Of a stretch of DNA of 64,000 bases, positions 19,577 to 28,400 are shown piece after piece. The notes beneath the pieces were generated by a model. That model did not search any database. It was not told the DNA's origin and saw only the letters and a program-made list of their open reading frames with translations. Source of the DNA: Candidatus Aenigmatarchaeota archaeon (GTDB lineage Archaea > Aenigmatarchaeota > Aenigmatarchaeia > Aenigmatarchaeales > JACQIB01); contig JACQIB010000001.1 of assembly GCA_016198755.1 (NCBI GenBank), forward strand, positions 96,001-160,000, read 5' to 3'. Each line of letters opens with the position of its first letter. Position 1 is the first letter of the stretch. Made by a program: the position numbers and the translations under genes.

Positions 19577-19740
19577 GCGGGGGTGGCCCAGCTAGGTCAA
19601 AGGCGCTAGGTTGAGGGCCTAGTCGGTTAGTCCGTACGTGAGTTGCGCGCAGCGCACACGAATTCAAAGGAGGAGAAACTACGTATCTCCTTCCAACCTC
19701 TCCCTTTGAGAGTGGACTGAAAATCTCACCCCCCGCACCA
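19577..19740 (+). tRNA. tRNA-Leu(GAG) with introns at 53/54 (19643-19662) and 59/60 (19669-19723)
   Basis: Removing both gives GTGAG-TTCAAAT-CTCAC; long variable arm; BHB central helices CGTG/CACG and TTCA/TGAA. Confidence 0.92.
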
Positions 19741-19796
19741 TCTGCTGGCAAAACAAAAGTTGTGGCTTTAAAAGGTTTTGTTTTCAATGCAACACT

Positions 19797-20336
19797 ATGG
19801 CACCCAAGAAACTTGTACAAGTTCATATAGGACTCCATAAACCCCGTCAATATAAAGAGTATAGAGTGTTTTACATACCAAACCCTCTAAGCGATTTTAG
19901 CATGGGCGGTTGTTATGCCCCCGCTTCTACAATTGAAGAGTTTGAAGACACTGTAGTGAGAGGTACACCTGCACTTATATCTGATGTGCGCCCTCCGTTT
20001 ATAGCAAGCTTTGCCTATTCCCTTATACATGATAGTGACGTGGCTGTGACAGCATACCCTCATTTAGTTATAAGAGAAGTTTTTGGAAAGGGCTCTTATC
20101 CCCACTGGAGAGGGTTGGGTGATAGGCTGGGGGGAAGGACGAGTATCTTAAAGCTTTCAGAAAAAACAGGTGCTGGTGTTCCACAAAGACCAGGAGTTTT
20201 AACAGAAAGAGATGTAAAGATAGATTATATGGAGCCAGATCAACCTCAGCAGCCTATAAATCCAAATGAGTGGGAAATGGTTCCAGTTAGCGGGAATATG
20301 GTGGAGTTCAGGCCACGCAGGCTGGGCCCGCAGTAA
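19797..20336 (+). CDS. Hypothetical protein
   Basis: 179-aa ORF; no motif. Confidence 0.55.
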   Translation: MAPKKLVQVHIGLHKPRQYKEYRVFYIPNPLSDFSMGGCYAPASTIEEFEDTVVRGTPALISDVRPPFIASFAYSLIHDSDVAVTAYPHLVIREVFGKGSYPHWRGLGDRLGGRTSILKLSEKTGAGVPQRPGVLTERDVKIDYMEPDQPQQPINPNEWEMVPVSGNMVEFRPRRLGPQ

Positions 20337-20428
20337 TCATTCTGCAAAGCAAGTCCAACAGGTTTATAAGGGCACATTATTAAACAAAAATAGATAACTT
20401 TATATATACTTGTGCCCATACAATAAAT

Positions 20429-21370
20429 ATGGTTTACTTAGAAAATATCGAAAGGGGAGGCAAGACCTATTACTATATTACTAAGAATATTAGAGTCGGT
20501 GATAAAAAATGGAAGAAAATAAGAAAGTATATAGGCAATAAGCCTCCCTCAAAGGAACAGACAAAAAAAGCGGTTGGAGAGATTGAAAAAGAGGCGTTAA
20601 AAAAAGGCTTCATGAAGCCGGCTTCTAAATATGTTTATTTGAGCAACGAGGAAGCAGAGAAGCTGCAGGATTTGAAAGAGGTTTTTAACAAATGGTACGG
20701 AAAACTGAGTGCCATAGAGATAAAAAAATATGAAGATGACTTTGTTGTAAGATTTACGTATAACTCAAATGCTATTGAAGGAAACCGTTTAAGCCTTCGT
20801 GAAACAAGCATGATTTTAACAGAGAACATAATACCTGCTGGTGCCACTCCCAATGATTACAATGAAGCCATAAACTCAAAGGATTGTTACGAATTCATGA
20901 AAGTATATAGTGGAGAGTTTAATCAGAAATTTTTACTGAAAATCCACGAATTGCTTACAAAGAACACTAACTGCAAAATTATAGGCAATTATAGGGATCA
21001 TGAAGTCAGGATTTCCGGCTCTGACTGGGTTCCTCCTGCTCATGAAAAGATTAGAGAAGAGATGAGAAAAGTTTTCCAGTGGTACTATTTTGCCAGAAAG
21101 AAACTGCATCCTGCTGAATTGGGCGCTATTTTGCACAATAAATTAGTAAGAATCCACCCATTTGCTGATGGTAATGGCAGAACATCAAGAGTTATAATGA
21201 ACTGGATACTGATGAAGAATAAATTTCCAGTGTTTTATGTAGAACTACGAGATAAAATCAAATATTATGAAGCTGTTGAAGAAGGAGATAAAGGCAATGA
21301 CAAAGCAATAGTACATTATATTGCAAAAGTGCTGATGGAACAGTATACGTTTAAGTCAAATGGAAGATAG
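20429..21370 (+). CDS. Fic-family protein with inhibitory motif
   Basis: HPFADGNGRTSR active site; upstream SNAIEGN motif. Confidence 0.93.
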   Translation: MVYLENIERGGKTYYYITKNIRVGDKKWKKIRKYIGNKPPSKEQTKKAVGEIEKEALKKGFMKPASKYVYLSNEEAEKLQDLKEVFNKWYGKLSAIEIKKYEDDFVVRFTYNSNAIEGNRLSLRETSMILTENIIPAGATPNDYNEAINSKDCYEFMKVYSGEFNQKFLLKIHELLTKNTNCKIIGNYRDHEVRISGSDWVPPAHEKIREEMRKVFQWYYFARKKLHPAELGAILHNKLVRIHPFADGNGRTSRVIMNWILMKNKFPVFYVELRDKIKYYEAVEEGDKGNDKAIVHYIAKVLMEQYTFKSNGR

Positions 21371-21572
21371 TTCAGCGAGAAAAATGAAATCACCCACAAA
21401 AATACGGCATTATAGAATCAGGCCGCGCAGAAAGGCATAGAGACCATATGGGTTTATAAAGGCTGCTTTCCCAGTATAGGGAAGTGAGGTAGAGAGTAGT
21501 TTTGATTTCTATATGAGTTTCAAATATAACATACTTCTCGAATGAGAAAATTTAAAATAGGGGGTGAAAATA

Positions 21573-21719
21573 ATGCCATTCAATCGCGACTTTGGTCCAA
21601 GGGAAATGCACAAAGCAGTTTGTTCAGAGTGCAAGAAGGATACTGAGGTTCCTTTCAAGCCATCTGGTGACAGACCTGTTTATTGCAAGGATTGTTTCCA
21701 GAAGCACAAGAAATTCTAA
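21573..21719 (+). CDS. CxxC-x17-CxxC zinc-binding protein (48 aa; not in ORF track)
   Basis: MHKAVCSECKKDTEVPFKPSGDRPVYCKDCF; GGGGTGA RBS. Confidence 0.88.
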   Translation: MPFNRDFGPREMHKAVCSECKKDTEVPFKPSGDRPVYCKDCFQKHKKF

Positions 21720-21819
21720 TTCCACATCAGGAGTTTGAATTTAACAATCCATTTTCATGGGCTTTAGTTTTTATATGCCCAGCCAATTAATTAATATTAA
21801 GCAAAGTAATCATATTATT

Positions 21820-22815
21820 ATGATTAACATTGATTTTTTGCCAGATTCACCCAAAATACCCTTCAAAAATTACCTTGAAGATATACAGATAAAAAGAAAG
21901 CGTGGGAGTGATTCTATAAGATTTTATAATGTAAGAGATTATTTTTTAAATCTTATAAATAAGAGCGGAATAAAAAGAAGAAAAATATACGAAATGCTAG
22001 ATGTAAATAGGACTACATTCAATAATTGGATAGGTAAATCTAAAAAAGATGTCGGCATACCTATACAATATGCTCTAACATTGCTACAAATGTTTGGTAT
22101 GGGAAAGGATGATATATTATTTAAAAATGTTAATATTTACTACGGTTGTACAAATTCTAATAAATATAAATTGCCAACGGATATGACGCCTAAGCTAGCC
22201 TATCTAATAGGACAAATAATGGGTGACGGCCACTTATCAAATCCAAAAGATCTTATATCAAACGGATCTTTATATAATGCAGAGATAAGAATTACGAAGG
22301 GTGAAATAAAACAACTCAGATTGTTGACATCTATATTTTATGATATTTTTCATTATAAACCACCTATTTTCAGGGAAAAATCGTTTTATAGACTTGTAGC
22401 GCGATCAAAAGTTATTCACAGATTTTTGCATATCGTATGCGCCATACCAAGCGGTAATAAGAAAAACAAAACCTATATACCAGATATGATAATTAAAAAA
22501 GATGATTTTATAAAATGTTTTATTGGAGGATTTTTTGATTCTGATGGTTGCATAGTAGTTAAAAATAAAAATATTCGTGTGATTTCAATGAAACAGCATA
22601 ATATAAAAATCCTTCTCGATATCAAACATCAGCTTAAAAAATTTGGTATAAATATATCTGGCATATACAAAGATAGAGGAGTAAGAAACGGAACATCTAC
22701 ACTAAATTATGTTCTCAACATAGGTAGAGATGAAGAAAAACAAAAGTTTATAAAGATCATACCGTCTCTAAAGGTTATGGAGGTGTCGCGATTATATGGA
22801 AAATTTAGCATCTAA
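21820..22815 (+). CDS. Free-standing double-motif LAGLIDADG homing endonuclease with N-terminal HTH
   Basis: LAYLIGQIMGDG and FIGGFFDSDG motifs; HTH-like IYEMLDVNRTTFNNW; visibly AT-rich; ORF opens at 21757. Confidence 0.85.
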   Translation: MINIDFLPDSPKIPFKNYLEDIQIKRKRGSDSIRFYNVRDYFLNLINKSGIKRRKIYEMLDVNRTTFNNWIGKSKKDVGIPIQYALTLLQMFGMGKDDILFKNVNIYYGCTNSNKYKLPTDMTPKLAYLIGQIMGDGHLSNPKDLISNGSLYNAEIRITKGEIKQLRLLTSIFYDIFHYKPPIFREKSFYRLVARSKVIHRFLHIVCAIPSGNKKNKTYIPDMIIKKDDFIKCFIGGFFDSDGCIVVKNKNIRVISMKQHNIKILLDIKHQLKKFGINISGIYKDRGVRNGTSTLNYVLNIGRDEEKQKFIKIIPSLKVMEVSRLYGKFSI

Positions 22816-23507
22816 AGGTATACACATAGCTATCATCCCGGACGGAAAATAAGGCCGGAAACCGGAGATGGGCTGAGAAAAGGGGGAAGCCCCGCTGGTG
22901 GGGCCATATACATGGGGCAAAGAAGCTGGAAGATGTATCTTCATGGTGTGCAGATCACCCTGAAATAAAAACAGTTTCAGTTTATGCGCTTTCAACTGAA
23001 AATCTTGGCAGGGACTCCGCAGAATTGAATAAGCTTTGGACAATCTATAAAGATGAGTTTGGAAAACTGATGAAAGATAAAAGTACAAAGAAAAACCAGC
23101 TTCGGGTAAATATAGTAGGAAACACAAATGCATGGAGAGCTGATGTAAAACAGGCTGCAAAGGATGTAATGAACACAACAAAGCAGTATACTAACAGGGT
23201 TTTAAACATAATGCTTGCCTATGGCAGCAAGTTCGAGATTGTAGAGGCAGCCCGTTCAACCTTTAATAAAGGGGTTAAAATAGTGCCTTCCGTGGAAAAG
23301 CTTTTCAATCAATTCCTTTTGATTCCAGAGCCAGTTGATTTGGTTATAAGAACAGGAGGGCAGAGAAGGCTTTCCAACTTTTTGCTATGGCAGGCTGCTT
23401 ATGCAGAACTTTACTTTACAGATACTCTCTGGCCAGATTTATCAAGGAAAGAGTTTGAAAAAATCCTGCGCTGGTATACTGGCCAGAAGAAAAAGTTCGG
23501 CCTCTAA
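22796..23507 (+). CDS. uppS: cis-prenyltransferase UppS interrupted by a 13-nt putative intron (22848-22860)
   Basis: GGAGGTG RBS; removing 13 nt yields HIAIIPDGNRRWA..GH..YALSTEN..VDLVIRTGG.RLSNFLLWQAAYAE (232 aa). Confidence 0.88.
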
Positions 23508-25066
23508 ATTCCTCTCAGTTTCTCTGCAATTTTATCTTTTCCTAATGCAAGTATAAGTGTTGAGAGCTTTGGTCCGGCTTCCTTTCCTGTTATTGACATG
23601 TAAGCTGAGCGGAAAAACTCCCTCGGGTTTCCGCTTTCTTTAGAAAGCTCAAAAATCCTGTTTTGTAATTTTTCTTCAGTCCAGTCTTTCCCAAGTTCTG
23701 AGGCAAGCTTCTGTAGAAAAGCTTTTTGGTTCTCAGGAACAGAAGCAACTTCAACCTCCCCACCCGTATCTTTAATCCATTCTATAACCCTTCCAATTCT
23801 CTCTTCCAGAACTTTTTTATTTCCTCCTATATGTCCGGTTTTTTCCATTTCTTTCCAGACAACCGAAAACTCTGGAACAGGTCTCGCAATATTTATTATA
23901 GTGCTGTATTGTACAATAGGCTGGAATTTTTTCGGGGGTTTTAGGAAGTGGATAAATTCAAACAGCCTGCGTGCATGGGCTAAATCAGTTTTGTTTTCAA
24001 TTAATTTTTTCCCAAAATATATGCCTGCAAGCTCGTCTACCTCTTCCTCATAAGCAGGTATAGCATCCAGATCTATTACCCTGCTCTTTCCAAGTTTTTT
24101 CAGATAAACAAGCTTCATACTCTCTGGGCTTGCATACTTTAACCATAGCTGTGGTGTGAAAACATTTCCGGAACTCTTTGAAATCTTCTCTCCTCCCCTC
24201 TCAGTAAATAATTCATAGAAAGAATGTACTGGAGGTTCCCACTGCAAAATTTCCTTGCAAATAGCATCATTTACTCTTACAGAATCTGATATATCCTTCC
24301 CATAAGCCTCATAATTTATTTTCAGAGCCCTCCAGCGTGCTGCAAAATCCACTTTCCATGCCAGCTTCCCTTCCCTTATCCCTTCAGTTCCCTCAAATCC
24401 ACACCCCTTTACTAAAATCTTTTTTCCTGTTCCGGAATTTTTACCTTCATATTCAACATCACACTTGTAAGTTACTTTTTTACCATCAAATGAAACTGCG
24501 CGCGTTGTGCAGACATTTCCGCATTGCGAACAGATAGGAAGGAATGGCAATTGTAACTCAAACTTTTCCTGTCCGGTTAATTTTTTTATTATTTCCCCCG
24601 CCATTTTCCAGTTTTTAAGTATATCCACAATTTCTTTATCCAAAGTTCCTTTAGCGTACTCTTTATCAGCACTGCGGAAAACAAAATCAATTCCAAGTTT
24701 TTCATAAGCATCCATTAACAGCGAGCTCATATGCTCAGCATAGCTTTTATGGCAGCCAAATGGATCCGGTATATGTGAAACAGGTATTCCAATTTCTTTC
24801 TCGAGTATATCAGGGAAGCCCGAAGGTACTTTTCTCAATCCATCCCTGTCATCTGAAAAAGCAATGAATTCAGACTTTGCACCCCTTTCCTTAAGTGCCA
24901 AGTGTACAACAAAACTTCTGACACCATCCCCAACAGAGCCTATATGCGGAATGCCAGAGGCTCCTATACCCATCTCTGTTCTGTAAGACTTTACTCTCTT
25001 TAACTTCTCTTCCTTCTCAATTATTTCTTCTGCAGCTTTATCAGCCCAAAATATGTTATCTCCCAT
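23504..25066 (-). CDS. lysS: Class I lysyl-tRNA synthetase
   Basis: SGIPHIGS, DGLRKVP, KLAWKVDF, KISKSSGN. Confidence 0.95.
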   Translation of the reverse strand: MGDNIFWADKAAEEIIEKEEKLKRVKSYRTEMGIGASGIPHIGSVGDGVRSFVVHLALKERGAKSEFIAFSDDRDGLRKVPSGFPDILEKEIGIPVSHIPDPFGCHKSYAEHMSSLLMDAYEKLGIDFVFRSADKEYAKGTLDKEIVDILKNWKMAGEIIKKLTGQEKFELQLPFLPICSQCGNVCTTRAVSFDGKKVTYKCDVEYEGKNSGTGKKILVKGCGFEGTEGIREGKLAWKVDFAARWRALKINYEAYGKDISDSVRVNDAICKEILQWEPPVHSFYELFTERGGEKISKSSGNVFTPQLWLKYASPESMKLVYLKKLGKSRVIDLDAIPAYEEEVDELAGIYFGKKLIENKTDLAHARRLFEFIHFLKPPKKFQPIVQYSTIINIARPVPEFSVVWKEMEKTGHIGGNKKVLEERIGRVIEWIKDTGGEVEVASVPENQKAFLQKLASELGKDWTEEKLQNRIFELSKESGNPREFFRSAYMSITGKEAGPKLSTLILALGKDKIAEKLRGI

Positions 25067-25134
25067 ACTATTTCTCTTGGGAATTTACATATAAAAAGCG
25101 CAGCTTTAAAAGCTCTTTACAACAAGATAGCAGA

Positions 25135-26352
25135 ATGATAGACGTTTATACAATATCTGTTATTTTATTTTTCGCTTTGCTTGCAGTTGTTATTTACATA
25201 AAGAGGAAGAACGTGGATACAAAGTTTGTTCTCAAGGTCCTGCCTTACTTTATGTGGAGAACTAAGAGGTTCAGGGACAGGGTTGATCAGATAGCTCAGG
25301 CAGCTCCAAGATTCTGGAAAGTTTTTTATTCAGCTGGGGCAGTTGTCGCAGTTGTTTTAATGGTTTTTGGGTTTTTCATGATATTAAACTCAAACTATCT
25401 GGTTTTCTCAGGCAAAATTACACAGCCAGCCCTCCAAATACTTCTTCCAACCCCCTCCACATCAGTCTCAACAGGCCCCGGATTTATTCTAATACCATTC
25501 TGGTTCTGGATAATTGCAATAGGTACAATATTAATCCCGCACGAGCTTTCCCATGGAATTGCAGCGAGAGCTGAAAAGATCCCCCTCAAATCAGTGGGCT
25601 TGCTCCTTTTCTTAATTTTTCCGGGTGCTTTCGTTGAGCCAGATGAGGCAAAATTAAAGCGTGCAAAGCTCTCAACTAGACTCAGGGTTTTTGCTGCAGG
25701 TTCTTTCACAAATATACTTACTTTTTCTATTATTCTGCTTATAGGAACATTTTTCTTGTTTCCATCAGCTGCTCATGGAGGCACTGTTATAACATCTGTT
25801 TTCCCTGGATCACCGGCTGATAACTCTGGTTTGAAAACCGGAGATACAATAGAAAAGTTTGATGGAAAGGATGCAAAAGTATCTTTCTTTGACTATTCAA
25901 TGTCATATCTCCTATTAATGAAAAATGGAACATCAGAAGGGCAGCTTCAGAGACTTGGAGGTTTACAAACTATTTCAGCACTTTCAAAGCACAAGCCAGG
26001 GGAGACGCTGAATATAGTTGTCAACGGGCAGGAAAAACAAGTTGTCCTTGGGGAAAACACAGAGCTGAAAGGATTCCCGTATATTGGCATATCAACTGAG
26101 CTGAAAACAGAAAATAAAGCTGCCTTCGAAGTTGTTCTTCCCATACTGGCTTTAGTAGCGCTATTAAACCTGTTCGTAGGCATAGTAAATATTTTACCTC
26201 TCTATCCTTTGGATGGTGGATTGTTCTTCCAAGCTCTGGCACAAAAATTCCTACCCAAGCGCTCAGAGGAAATTGTAAAAGGATTGTCCTATGTTATTTT
26301 GTTCCTGATAATAGCCTCAGTTGTGGGCCCCTATATCTTTGCAGCAGCCTAA
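25135..26352 (+). CDS. Site-2 (M50) membrane metalloprotease with PDZ domain
   Basis: HELSH, GAFVEPD, NILPLYPLDGG. Confidence 0.93.
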   Translation: MIDVYTISVILFFALLAVVIYIKRKNVDTKFVLKVLPYFMWRTKRFRDRVDQIAQAAPRFWKVFYSAGAVVAVVLMVFGFFMILNSNYLVFSGKITQPALQILLPTPSTSVSTGPGFILIPFWFWIIAIGTILIPHELSHGIAARAEKIPLKSVGLLLFLIFPGAFVEPDEAKLKRAKLSTRLRVFAAGSFTNILTFSIILLIGTFFLFPSAAHGGTVITSVFPGSPADNSGLKTGDTIEKFDGKDAKVSFFDYSMSYLLLMKNGTSEGQLQRLGGLQTISALSKHKPGETLNIVVNGQEKQVVLGENTELKGFPYIGISTELKTENKAAFEVVLPILALVALLNLFVGIVNILPLYPLDGGLFFQALAQKFLPKRSEEIVKGLSYVILFLIIASVVGPYIFAAA

Positions 26353-26747
26353 AGAACGCGCAAAGAGCGCAGCTCAGAGTTTCTTGACAGAATTTCATTC
26401 AGAACTTTAATGTTAGTCCCGCTCTTTCCTATAACAGCACCCTTATCCTTCTCCCCAACTCTCACTTCAACTTCCTCCCCGTTAATTCTGATTTGCTTTG
26501 CCTGCGGTATAAGGTTTTTAACAAATTGCTTCTGGTCTTCAGCCCATTCAAAAATCCTTATATTAGTTTTCAGCATAGTTTGAGCAGCTTTTATTGTTTT
26601 TCCCCCTTTACCTATAGCTTGCCCAGTTTTTCCCGGATTAACAACAAAGTATATCATATCGTTCTTTATACAGTCCCTTACATCAGCTTTTGTAATGGCT
26701 TCAAAAGTATTTATGAGCTGTATTATATCATTGTCAAACTCTCTCAT
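26349..26747 (-). CDS. nusA: Archaeal NusA
   Basis: Two KH motifs AIGKGG and VIGKSG; syntenic after rpl30e. Confidence 0.92.
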   Translation of the reverse strand: MREFDNDIIQLINTFEAITKADVRDCIKNDMIYFVVNPGKTGQAIGKGGKTIKAAQTMLKTNIRIFEWAEDQKQFVKNLIPQAKQIRINGEEVEVRVGEKDKGAVIGKSGTNIKVLNEILSRNSELRSLRVL

Positions 26748-27028
26748 GCTCTTCCCTTCTTCTCTGGAACAAGTATACCAATAGCTGCAATTGGGAAAGG
26801 CTTACCGCAAAAAACCCCCAATCCCTTCCCAGTGTCAGAAAATGTTTCTACTGGTACAGCTCCAGCCCCTGATTCTATTTTTCCCCTCAGTTCAGCTGGG
26901 CAGTTCTTTGCAAGTACAACACTCTTTAATTTTCCTGCTTTCAAAAGCTTTACAACTCTGCGCGAACCCAAAATTATACTTTTGGTTGCCAGTGCATCCT
27001 TTATATCAACTTCACTCATTTTAACCAA
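26744..27028 (-). CDS. rpl30e: 50S ribosomal protein L30e
   Basis: ILGSRRV, LAKNCP, LGVFCGKPF. Confidence 0.93.
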   Translation of the reverse strand: MVKMSEVDIKDALATKSIILGSRRVVKLLKAGKLKSVVLAKNCPAELRGKIESGAGAVPVETFSDTGKGLGVFCGKPFPIAAIGILVPEKKGRA

Positions 27029-27050
27029 CCAATTTACTATACTTATAGGC

Positions 27051-27242
27051 TTAAATCCTTTTTAAAACCGTTGCAGAGACAGTGTAAAAAATAGGAGCTA
27101 GAAGCAATGATGATAATACAGACTCGCTGAGAGGAGAGGGAGAGACAGCTGAAGTGGCTGTGTAAATTCCAATAAAGAACAAAACCTCTATGGAAACAAA
27201 GAGCAGAACATTCTTCAAGTTAGGCCTAAGATAGTCTCTCAT
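27051..27242 (-). CDS. Small membrane protein within the RNAP operon
   Basis: 63-aa two-TM ORF exactly filling the rpoA''-rpl30e gap. Confidence 0.5.
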   Translation of the reverse strand: MRDYLRPNLKNVLLFVSIEVLFFIGIYTATSAVSPSPLSESVLSSLLLAPIFYTVSATVLKRI

Positions 27243-27245
27243 TTT

Positions 27246-28400
27246 TTATTCCTTCTTTTTCAGCGGAGGCTTAAAGACAATATCAAACATTCCTGTACCT
27301 GCAGGTACAACTTGGTTTATCATAACATTCTCCACAATACTCTCCAGAGTGTCTATCTCGTTGTAAACAGAAGCTTTTGTAAGGTGTTTCATTGTCTCTT
27401 CGAAGTTTGCCCTAGCTAAAACAGACCCCTTTGTTCCTGCAATTCCATACCTTCCAACGGCTTTTATAGTTCCCCCAGCAGTCATCACATCAGCTACAAG
27501 CAATACATGCCTTACATCCACATCTTCCAGTCCCTGTTCTTTCAGCGTAAGCAAAACCTCATTTACAATCGAAGCGCGCGCAGCTTCTATTCCAAGAACC
27601 TTTGCAACTTCATGTATATTGTTTGTCAGTGTCCTTGCAGAGTCTATTCCGTCCAGTTCCAGTATTTTTGCAAGGTTGCTTCCAAGCGTGTTTATAATCC
27701 ATCCTTCATCCTTCTGGTTTATAACAACATTCTCAATGCTTTTTACACCATGTACATGGGAATCTAAAAATTTGCTCCTTAGTTTTTGCAACTCTTTAAC
27801 AGTTGCATCATCTTTGGGTTTTATTGTAACTTTGTTCCCGCGCTGGTGCAAAACATAATTTTTGAAATCCAGTTTCAGTTGTTCTACCATTTCCTCCTCC
27901 TTTATCTTATGTTTCCTCATCAATTTCTCATCAAGAACAACTTCTACCTGCATGTTACCCAAATCCACGAATGAAGAGGTTGCTATATTTCCCAGCTTAA
28001 CTTCAGTAATGCTTTCTGCAATTTCCATAGCCTTTTCCCTTGTGTTATATGAAGGCTTTAAGTAAATTGTCATTGCAGGCGTAGAAGGCGCACGGCGTGC
28101 ATCAAAAATCTCAACCAATCTTGGAAGTCCAAGAGTAACCTGTATCTGCATTGCTCCTGCCATGTGGTAAGTTCTCATGGTCATTTGAGTTGAAGGTTCA
28201 GAAAGGCTCTGTGCTGCAATAACTCCAAATGCCTCTCCAGCTTCAAATTTGCTTTTAACATAAAGATCTGCAATTTTTATTATAGCTTTCTTTTTCTGCC
28301 CCTCTGTAAGGTCAGACTTTTTCAAAGCTTCTTTTGATTTTTCAAAAAGTTTTTCAGGCAAAAGTTCTTTCAATTGTTCAAGTGTTTCTACTTCTCCCAT
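27246..28400 (-). CDS. rpoA2: RNA polymerase subunit A'' (Rpo1C)
   Basis: AAQSLSEPSTQMTMRTYH, LGLPRL, SVLARANFE. Confidence 0.97.
   Translation of the reverse strand: MGEVETLEQLKELLPEKLFEKSKEALKKSDLTEGQKKKAIIKIADLYVKSKFEAGEAFGVIAAQSLSEPSTQMTMRTYHMAGAMQIQVTLGLPRLVEIFDARRAPSTPAMTIYLKPSYNTREKAMEIAESITEVKLGNIATSSFVDLGNMQVEVVLDEKLMRKHKIKEEEMVEQLKLDFKNYVLHQRGNKVTIKPKDDATVKELQKLRSKFLDSHVHGVKSIENVVINQKDEGWIINTLGSNLAKILELDGIDSARTLTNNIHEVAKVLGIEAARASIVNEVLLTLKEQGLEDVDVRHVLLVADVMTAGGTIKAVGRYGIAGTKGSVLARANFEETMKHLTKASVYNEIDTLESIVENVMINQVVPAGTGMFDIVFKPPLKKKE

Noticed and set aside
19569-19850. ORFs overlapping RNA genes (also 3353-3580, 40241-40586, 42164-42358)
   Set aside because: Shadow frames over tRNA and 5S genes; the similar peptides reflect the shared intron sequence.
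21757-22815. LAGLIDADG as an intein or as a large intron ORF
   Set aside because: No intein splice motifs or host exteins, and no BHB or interrupted host flanking the gene.
23025-23507. 160-aa ORF as a complete uppS
   Set aside because: It lacks the N-terminal catalytic motifs, which lie upstream across the 13-nt insertion.
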